This document shows positions 57,621 to 64,000 of a stretch of DNA of 64,000 bases, in pieces; position 1 is the stretch's first letter; the number at the start of each line of letters is the position of its first letter. The position numbers and the translations under genes were made by a program. This DNA is from Cellvibrionales bacterium. GTDB taxonomy: Bacteria > Pseudomonadota > Gammaproteobacteria > Pseudomonadales > JAHEIH01. The stretch lies in assembly GCA_024639455.1 (NCBI GenBank), contig JAHEIH010000006.1, positions 172,411-236,410 on the forward strand, in the 5' to 3' direction. Below the pieces are notes generated by a model that saw only the letters and a program-made list of their open reading frames with translations, made no database searches and had not been told where the DNA came from.

Positions 57621-58415
57621 ATGTTGTCATGCTTTGGTAAGGAATTTTGCGTGATTATTGCACATAACAACGACGACATCATGCGCCATCCCGATACCGT
57701 CGACTACTGGTGGCGCCAATCGCTGGGCAGCGATATTTTGCAGTCAGAAATCGACACCATTCAAACCCATCTCGCGTCGAGCTGGGGGGAGTGGGGCATG
57801 CAATTGAGTACATGTCAGCAGTTACCCTTGCTTAACCAAGGTCGCATCAATCAAACCTACCGGCTCGACCCCACGGGTAATGCTGGACAACGTGAGCTCG
57901 TCGCTAACGCTGAGCAATTACCTATTGAGTCAGATGCGCTTCAGTCCTTGGTGTTACATCACGTGCTTGATTTTCACCGTCATCCGCACCAAATACTTCG
58001 TGAAGCGGCGCGCGTTGTATCCCCTTATGGACGTTTAACGCTTTGTAACTTCAATCGCTTTAGCCCATTGGCGCTTAAACAGGCTATGTTTGGCTTTCAT
58101 GGACGCTACAGTCTGCGCCGCTTGCTGACGCGCTCTCAAATCAACGACTGGTTACATCTTATAGGCTTCGAAATCGAACGAGTGTCCTACTGTGGTTTTA
58201 ATTTCCCGAGCCGACGCTGGCACGCTAGCGATGGTCATTATGCTCGGATAATGGGACAATATCTCCCCAGATTGGGCGGCGTCATTGTGGTCACTGCTCG
58301 TAAAGAAAAACGACCGGCGACGCTAAATCGCGCAGGCTGGAGAGAACTTTCCAGCCGTCTGCAGGGAAGTACGGAAGTTGGCAGCGCACGTGATATTGCG
58401 CGGAGAGAATCTTGA
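57621..58415 (+). CDS. class I SAM-dependent methyltransferase-like protein (YafS-like)
   Basis: Its position between gloB and rnhA matches E. coli yafS, and its length and C-terminal basic tail are similar. The SAM motifs look degenerate and the start codon is uncertain (57621 or ATG 57681). Confidence 0.6.
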   Translation: MLSCFGKEFCVIIAHNNDDIMRHPDTVDYWWRQSLGSDILQSEIDTIQTHLASSWGEWGMQLSTCQQLPLLNQGRINQTYRLDPTGNAGQRELVANAEQLPIESDALQSLVLHHVLDFHRHPHQILREAARVVSPYGRLTLCNFNRFSPLALKQAMFGFHGRYSLRRLLTRSQINDWLHLIGFEIERVSYCGFNFPSRRWHASDGHYARIMGQYLPRLGGVIVVTARKEKRPATLNRAGWRELSSRLQGSTEVGSARDIARRES

Positions 58416-58846
58416 AAAACATCGAAATTTTTACCGATGGTGCTTGTAAAGGCAATCCCGGCCCAGGTGGCTGGGGGGCATTACTACGCTACAACGGCCG
58501 CGAAAAGCCACTCTACGGTGGCGAGAAAAACACCACAAATAACCGTATGGAGCTCACCGCGGCGATCGAAGCGTTGCGCGCGGTGAAAGAGCGCTGCGTG
58601 ATCGACCTCACCACGGATTCGCAGTACGTTCGGCAAGGCATTACCGAGTGGATTGGTAATTGGAAGGCACGCGGTTGGAAGACCGCTAGTAAACAACCCG
58701 TGAAAAATGTGGATTTATGGCAACAACTTGACGCATTGATTCAACAACATGATGTGCGGTGGCACTGGGTTAAAGGCCACTCGGGGCACCGCGAGAATGA
58801 AATAGCTGATGAACTGGCTAACAAAGGGATTGAGGAACTGGCATGA
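58412..58846 (+). CDS. rnhA: ribonuclease HI
   Basis: 144 aa with [29 protein letters not shown] and [17 protein letters not shown]. The TTG start overlaps the upstream TGA (TTGA). Confidence 0.93.
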   Translation: MKNIEIFTDGACKGNPGPGGWGALLRYNGREKPLYGGEKNTTNNRMELTAAIEALRAVKERCVIDLTTDSQYVRQGITEWIGNWKARGWKTASKQPVKNVDLWQQLDALIQQHDVRWHWVKGHSGHRENEIADELANKGIEELA

Positions 58847-59562
58847 GACAAATCGTACTCGACACTGAAACCACCGGCTTAGAAACCTCACTTGGTCACC
58901 GCATTATCGAAATTGGTTGCGTCGAATTGATCAATCGACGTCTTACCGGTAACCACTATCATCAGTATATTAATCCCGAACGCGAGATCGACAGCGGTGC
59001 GCAAGAAGTGCATGGCATCAGTCGCGAGTTTCTGGCGGATAAACCTGTATTTTCTAGCATCATTGATGAATTCATGGCCTTTATCGATGGCGCCGAATTA
59101 GTGATTCATAATGCGCCTTTCGATATTGGCTTTATCAACCACGAACTTAAACTCAACAGCAGTAAATACCGCCGGGTTGAAGAGTATTGCGGGGTTGTCG
59201 ACACCCTTGCCATGGCGCGCCAAAAGCATCCCGGGCAACGTGTGACACTGGATGCACTATGCAAACGCTATGGAGTGGACAACTCGTCACGTACGCTACA
59301 CGGTGCGCTTTTAGACTCGGAGATTCTTGCCGACGTCTACTTGCTGATGACGGGCGGCCAAACCCATTTATTTGGTGGCGGCTCAGATAGCTCGGGCACA
59401 AAAAATAATGATTCAGAGGATTACGCCAAGCAAGCGGCGGCATTTGCCAACCGTCGTCCCGGCCTTATTATCACGCCAACCGCGCAAGAAGTTGCCCTAC
59501 ACGAGTCACGCCTTGACGCCATCGATAAAGCGTCTGGCGGCAACTGTTTATTTCGTCAATAG
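58843..59562 (+). CDS. dnaQ: DNA polymerase III subunit epsilon
   Basis: 239 aa with Exo I (VLDTETTG), Exo II (HNAPFDIGF) and Exo III ([14 protein letters not shown]) motifs. The ATGA overlaps rnhA. Confidence 0.93.
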   Translation: MRQIVLDTETTGLETSLGHRIIEIGCVELINRRLTGNHYHQYINPEREIDSGAQEVHGISREFLADKPVFSSIIDEFMAFIDGAELVIHNAPFDIGFINHELKLNSSKYRRVEEYCGVVDTLAMARQKHPGQRVTLDALCKRYGVDNSSRTLHGALLDSEILADVYLLMTGGQTHLFGGGSDSSGTKNNDSEDYAKQAAAFANRRPGLIITPTAQEVALHESRLDAIDKASGGNCLFRQ

Positions 59563-59664
59563 TTGAGGCGTGACTCGCTTCAACTAATTAGCGGCAATTC
59601 CTAGGGTATCGTGGGTACAACGTCTATACTCAATTCAACGTGATAAAAGACAGACTCATGGAAG

Positions 59665-61284
59665 ATGATTCATATAGCATCGCTACGCACCGTCGTTCCC
59701 GACATTGAGCAAGATTTAGCCCAAGCTCAGCAGTGGCTTGAATATCTGCATGTCTCCCGTGACGAGACTCACTTGGCATCACTTCAACAGGCACTTGCAA
59801 GGTGCATTGGGGCGCTTTCCATGGCAGGGCTTGCCGATGCAGCCCTTCTACTACAAGCCCTTAACGATGCCGCAACACAACTCCATCAACGTATCGACGA
59901 ATGGAGCGATGATGTCATCAGCGCCGCCGCCTATCCACTATTTTTGGTGCCACGCTATTGCCACTGGGTTATCGAACAAGGCCAGCGCAATGGTCCCATT
60001 TTACTCGATGCTATTAATCATCTTCGCCAGTACAGCGGGGAAAAAGCGCTGATTGAAAGTCAGCTACTAGGTATCGTGATTGATCCGAATGTATCGCCTT
60101 TAAAAGCGCTTAAAAATCCCCCGGCGAGTGATATTAAAGCGCCGCTGAGCAAAATTATTCCACTCTTTAAAAAAGCCCGCCTGGCCATAGATAAACAGCC
60201 CGAAGCCGCATTAAACCTACTTGCCAAGGCCTCCATACACCTGCAAAAAGTGTGTGGCAACGCGCCTATAGCCGAGCTTTTTTGGTTGTTGAGCTGCATC
60301 ATTGAAGCCATGGATGACGGAGATTTAAGGCTCACCAAACAGCGAAGACAATGGCTATTATTGGTCGAACAGCAACTGATGACGCTGTACAAAGATCCCG
60401 ACAATGCCCTCAAAAAACCCTTGTCGCTCGCCATCAAGCGCGAATTTCTTGCGCTGATTGCTCTGTCGCACTCGACCCGTGAACGCTCAGTTAAGCTTGC
60501 CAAGCTCTACCGTTTACCCGATTTGCCCTTTAGCGATCGTGATATTGCGCTGGGCATTACCCGCATGCGTCAACCCGGTAGCGATGTTTACCAGTCATTG
60601 GTCAAATGCATCGAAGTAGCCGTAGAGCAAATGAGTCACCATCTCGCCGTTTTGCTCGAGGATCAACCCATCACGGATGAGGGTAGGGCATTACTAGTCC
60701 AACACATGGACAACATCAGTGCCGCGGTATGCATGTGTGAACTTCCCCATACAGGGGATTTAACTCAGCAATGCCGACAGGATATCGACATGTTGTTAAA
60801 CAACGCGCCTAGCAAGGAAGTGCTATTTCGTCTGGCTGAAGGTCTGCTGTTCCTACCCGAGCGCTTCAAAGTCATGGCCGATCAAACACTAGATGCAGCT
60901 GCCAAGACCCACTGGACTGACGTGAGCAATAGCGAGCTGATGCCTCAGCGTTACTTCAGCGACAGCATTAGTATTGTGTTGGCACATGCCTATAAGGAAG
61001 TTAGCGATATCATTTTGCAACTCGATATCGCCCATGAAACCGACAGCTACGAAGTAATCGAATCACTACTCATTAGAATGCAAAATTTGCAACATGCCAT
61101 GAGCATGACGCATCAAACGGAGATTGCCCGCGCCTGTCAAAACCTTCACGAGCAATTGGAGCCGTGCAGCATACACGCCGATGCTAGCGATATTGAACAG
61201 TTGGCCTGGCCAATGATTGCCTTGCAGGAACACATTGCATTGGCCACCTATCAACACCATAGTGTTTCGCTGTGGCCGTGCTAG
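59665..61284 (+). CDS. hypothetical all-helical protein, possibly FimL-like (ChpA N-terminal-like scaffold)
   Basis: 539 aa with no transmembrane segment or signal peptide, and Leu/Ala/Gln-rich helical repeats. Its size and position just after rnhA-dnaQ recall Pseudomonas fimL. That is from memory and unverified, and I read no diagnostic motif. Confidence 0.4.
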   Translation: MIHIASLRTVVPDIEQDLAQAQQWLEYLHVSRDETHLASLQQALARCIGALSMAGLADAALLLQALNDAATQLHQRIDEWSDDVISAAAYPLFLVPRYCHWVIEQGQRNGPILLDAINHLRQYSGEKALIESQLLGIVIDPNVSPLKALKNPPASDIKAPLSKIIPLFKKARLAIDKQPEAALNLLAKASIHLQKVCGNAPIAELFWLLSCIIEAMDDGDLRLTKQRRQWLLLVEQQLMTLYKDPDNALKKPLSLAIKREFLALIALSHSTRERSVKLAKLYRLPDLPFSDRDIALGITRMRQPGSDVYQSLVKCIEVAVEQMSHHLAVLLEDQPITDEGRALLVQHMDNISAAVCMCELPHTGDLTQQCRQDIDMLLNNAPSKEVLFRLAEGLLFLPERFKVMADQTLDAAAKTHWTDVSNSELMPQRYFSDSISIVLAHAYKEVSDIILQLDIAHETDSYEVIESLLIRMQNLQHAMSMTHQTEIARACQNLHEQLEPCSIHADASDIEQLAWPMIALQEHIALATYQHHSVSLWPC

Positions 61285-61347
61285 ACGCTTGCAATAGCGC
61301 TATCAAGTCGGCACGATAAGGTTTTAAAACCACTATAAGGATATCTT

Positions 61348-62382
61348 GTGCTCGAATGGTTCGCCGAATACGGCATGTTTCTCTCCAAAACCCTCACCTT
61401 TGTCATTGCCATCGTTCTGATTATTGCCGTCGCAGCGGCGGCTGGCCAGCGCCGTAGTAAAGGCCATAAGGGACATATCGAAATCGACTCATTAAACGAT
61501 GAGTTCGAGCAGCTTCAGGATGAACTGCAGAGTGTGGTGCTGGACGAAGACGAATACAAATCCCGCAAAAAAGAAGAGAAAAAACGCGAAAAAGCTGAGA
61601 AAAAGCAAAAAGGCGAGCAAAAAGATTTACCGCGTAGCTATGTTTTAGAATTCGATGGCGACATCAAGGCCAGTGCGGTCGAGAATCTCAGAAAAGAAAT
61701 CGATGCCGTGTTGTCAGTGGCCGAAGAGGGGGATGACATCATTCTCAAACTCGAAAGCAGCGGCGGCATGGTGCATAGTTATGGTTTAGCCGCGTCTCAG
61801 TTGCATCGTATCAAGGAAAATAACATCCCATTAACCATATGTGTCGATAAAGTCGCCGCCTCGGGTGGTTACATGATGGCCTGCGTGGCCGATAAGGTCT
61901 ATGCGGCCCCCTTCGCATTGCTAGGTTCTATCGGTGTGATTGCTCAATTGCCCAACTTCAACAAATTGCTGCGCAAAAATGATATCGACTTTGAAATGAT
62001 CACCGCTGGTGAATACAAGCGGACATTGACCATGTTCGGCGAAAACACCGATGGTGCACGTAAGAAATTTAAGCAGGAAATCGACGAGACCCACGATCTT
62101 TTTAAACAATTCGTCACTGAGCAACGTCCACAATTGAATATCGACAGCGTTGCTACGGGCGAGGTTTGGTTTGGCAAACAGGCGCTAGAGAATCACCTTG
62201 TCGATGAGATCTCTACTAGCGACAGCGTGATCTATAAAGCGATGCAAAATCGCGATGTGTACAGCGTGGCGTATAAAGAGAAACATGGCTTGATGGAAAA
62301 GTTGGGGTTACAAGCTGAAGCGAGTATCGAACGTGCTTTGACCAAATTCATTAGCCGCAATAGCCAGCGCCAACCGTTCTAG
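61348..62382 (+). CDS. sohB: protease SohB (S49 peptidase family)
   Basis: 344 aa with a GTG start, collinear with E. coli SohB (EYGMFLSKT, LESSGGMVHSYGLAASQL, DKVAASGGYMMACVADK, GEYKRTLT). Confidence 0.9.
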   Translation: MLEWFAEYGMFLSKTLTFVIAIVLIIAVAAAAGQRRSKGHKGHIEIDSLNDEFEQLQDELQSVVLDEDEYKSRKKEEKKREKAEKKQKGEQKDLPRSYVLEFDGDIKASAVENLRKEIDAVLSVAEEGDDIILKLESSGGMVHSYGLAASQLHRIKENNIPLTICVDKVAASGGYMMACVADKVYAAPFALLGSIGVIAQLPNFNKLLRKNDIDFEMITAGEYKRTLTMFGENTDGARKKFKQEIDETHDLFKQFVTEQRPQLNIDSVATGEVWFGKQALENHLVDEISTSDSVIYKAMQNRDVYSVAYKEKHGLMEKLGLQAEASIERALTKFISRNSQRQPF

Positions 62383-62413
62383 GTTCCATGACGTGTAGGC
62401 ACAGGAGGACACC

Positions 62414-62869
62414 ATGTTAAGACTATTACTGTTACTACTCTTCGTGCCCTCATTGGCGCTTGCGCAAGGTTTGTCTGGCAAGGTTTACAAAAGCCCTACC
62501 TGCGGCTGCTGCAACGCTTGGATTGAACACATGCAAGAGGCAGGCTTTACCTTAGAAGGCCGCAATACCGATGCGCTTGCTAAGGTCAAAAGAGATCTAG
62601 GTATAGCTCCAGCCGCCCAGTCTTGCCATTCTGCCGTCATTGGCAAATATGTTTTCGAAGGTCATGTGCCCGCAGCGGCTGTGAGCCGTTTTCTAGAAAA
62701 TCCTCCTGCCAATGCGCTGGGATTGAGTGTGCCTGGAATGCCTATTGGTAGCCCCGGCATGGAAATGGGCGAGAGACATGACGACTACACCGTGCAAGCC
62801 TTGATGCTAGATGGATCGATGCGACCCTATGCAGAAGTGAGCCGCGATAGTATTAACTATCGCGACTGA
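62414..62869 (+). CDS. DUF411 (CopG-like) periplasmic metal-binding protein
   Basis: 151 aa with a signal peptide, the CGCCNAW motif, and the downstream GMPIGSPGME motif. Confidence 0.75.
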   Translation: MLRLLLLLLFVPSLALAQGLSGKVYKSPTCGCCNAWIEHMQEAGFTLEGRNTDALAKVKRDLGIAPAAQSCHSAVIGKYVFEGHVPAAAVSRFLENPPANALGLSVPGMPIGSPGMEMGERHDDYTVQALMLDGSMRPYAEVSRDSINYRD

Positions 62870-62886
62870 AGAGGAGGGTCGAGAGC

Positions 62887-63651
62887 TTACAGCTCGCGAA
62901 CCCACATATTGCGGAAACTTACTTTATTGCCATGATCTTGCAATTTTAAAGGTGCACAGCCGTGTTGATCGATCTGTGGTGGCCCTATCCACTCGGTGGT
63001 GCCGGCAATTTCTTGGTGGTTATGTAGCACCACGCCGTTATGCATCAAGGTCACATAGCCGGGTGATACCCGCTCGCTTCCGTTGAAACGAGGCGCGGTG
63101 TACAGGATGTCATAACTCTGCCATTCACCGGTGGGGCGCATGGCGTTAACACGCGGCGGCACTTGCTTGTAAAGCGCACCTGCTTGGCCGTTGCCGTAGG
63201 TCTCATTATTGTATGAGTCCAGCACCTGCAATTCATAGCGTTCTTGAATGAATATACCCGAATTATTGCGCTGTTGACCTTGCATGCCTTTTACATCGGT
63301 AGGCGTTTTCCACTCAAAGTGCAGCTGCATGTCGCAGAATGAACGTTTGGTACGAATATCGCCTTTACCAGGAGCGACCGTCACGACACCGCGCTTGATC
63401 GCCCAGGGTGACACACCGCCTTTGGTCGACTCCCACTCGCTCATATCGCCGGCCATCAATTGAATGGCGTCAGAGGGCACATCGTTTTTACCTAGGCTAA
63501 CGACGGGGGGCTGATAGGCCCAGCTCTCGGTTTCTTCCGCCATTTTCAAACGTTCTTCGAGTGGAATATGCTCAAACGTTGCTTCGTGGTGAGCTGAGAC
63601 AGCGGCGCTTAACAGCACAGCCGCGAAGGGAATTAAAACTCGGGCGCCCAT
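62887..63651 (-). CDS. DUF1080 domain-containing protein (3-keto-disaccharide hydrolase-like, secreted)
   Basis: 254 aa with a signal peptide and jelly-roll-type motifs (HFEWKTP, NSGIFIQERYELQVLDS, GEWQSYDI, FRNMWVREL). Confidence 0.75.
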   Translation of the reverse strand: MGARVLIPFAAVLLSAAVSAHHEATFEHIPLEERLKMAEETESWAYQPPVVSLGKNDVPSDAIQLMAGDMSEWESTKGGVSPWAIKRGVVTVAPGKGDIRTKRSFCDMQLHFEWKTPTDVKGMQGQQRNNSGIFIQERYELQVLDSYNNETYGNGQAGALYKQVPPRVNAMRPTGEWQSYDILYTAPRFNGSERVSPGYVTLMHNGVVLHNHQEIAGTTEWIGPPQIDQHGCAPLKLQDHGNKVSFRNMWVREL

Positions 63652-64000
63652 GCGCGATCTCCTTTTTTGTAGGCGAAGTCACCATCGTAACGACCGGGAA
63701 CAGAGACATAGCGCAGCACTTTGGTGGCGCCTAGTTCCGAGGTGAAGAAGCCAAATAACGTGATTTGTTTCATCAGAGTGAAGTAGTGAGGAAGGCCTTT
63801 AGAGGTCACTACAGCCCACGCACCTTGGCCAGCGGTTTCGCTGCTGTTAAAGGCGTTGGCTTCATTGTTAACCACTGAAAGAAAATCGTGGCGCTGTTCA
63901 GCAGAGAGCGCCGCCACCGATTCGCCAAACTGTTGTTGGCTGCGTTTTTCCAGGTCAACCAGGCCCACTTTAAAATGTGCCAATTGGTTGTTGTCGTAGC
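63633..64000 (-). CDS. gluconate 2-dehydrogenase subunit 3-like protein; partial, with the N-terminus beyond the right edge
   Basis: The frame stays open to the window end: no stop lies upstream of the TTG reported by the ORF track. The C-terminal pattern FGFFTSELGATKVLRYVSVPGRYDG resembles that family. It overlaps the downstream DUF1080 gene by 19 nt. Confidence 0.5.
   Translation of the reverse strand, partial: YDNNQLAHFKVGLVDLEKRSQQQFGESVAALSAEQRHDFLSVVNNEANAFNSSETAGQGAWAVVTSKGLPHYFTLMKQITLFGFFTSELGATKVLRYVSVPGRYDGDFAYKKGDRAWAPEF

Overview
This window looks like a compact, housekeeping-dominated chromosomal stretch of a gammaproteobacterium. That assignment is an inference from E. coli- and Pseudomonas-like synteny blocks: prmB-aroC, tusA-epmC-pdxB, pyrD/rmf/rlmL, cysI-DUF934, metH, nfuA, and mltD-gloB-yafS-rnhA-dnaQ. 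I can support about 65 protein-coding genes. There are two tRNA operons: Glu-Gly-Glu on the + strand and Pro-Arg-His on the - strand, each behind a near-consensus sigma70 promoter with a GC-rich discriminator. There are also a few clean intrinsic terminators. I saw no transposase, integrase, phage gene, CRISPR array or obvious defence island, so I cannot claim a clearly novel multi-gene system. The best candidates for a second look are listed here. (1) A translationally coupled AddB-like/AddA-like nuclease-helicase pair (48127-54113) of a type that, as far as I know, is uncharacterised in gammaproteobacteria. (2) An ATP-NAD-kinase-fold protein of unknown substrate, locked by overlapping start/stop codons between pdxB and an NhaC-type carrier (7240-9754). 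(3) Two small ORFs below the ORF-track cutoff: a 50-aa CxxC..CxxC protein at 34347-34499 and a 37-aa membrane peptide at 41947-42060. (4) A signal-peptide-bearing SAM-methyltransferase-fold protein. (5) Stop codons that overlap or nearly abut at 8 of about 15 convergent gene junctions. All functional calls come from reading motifs by eye and from remembered similarity to well-known proteins. No database search was run.
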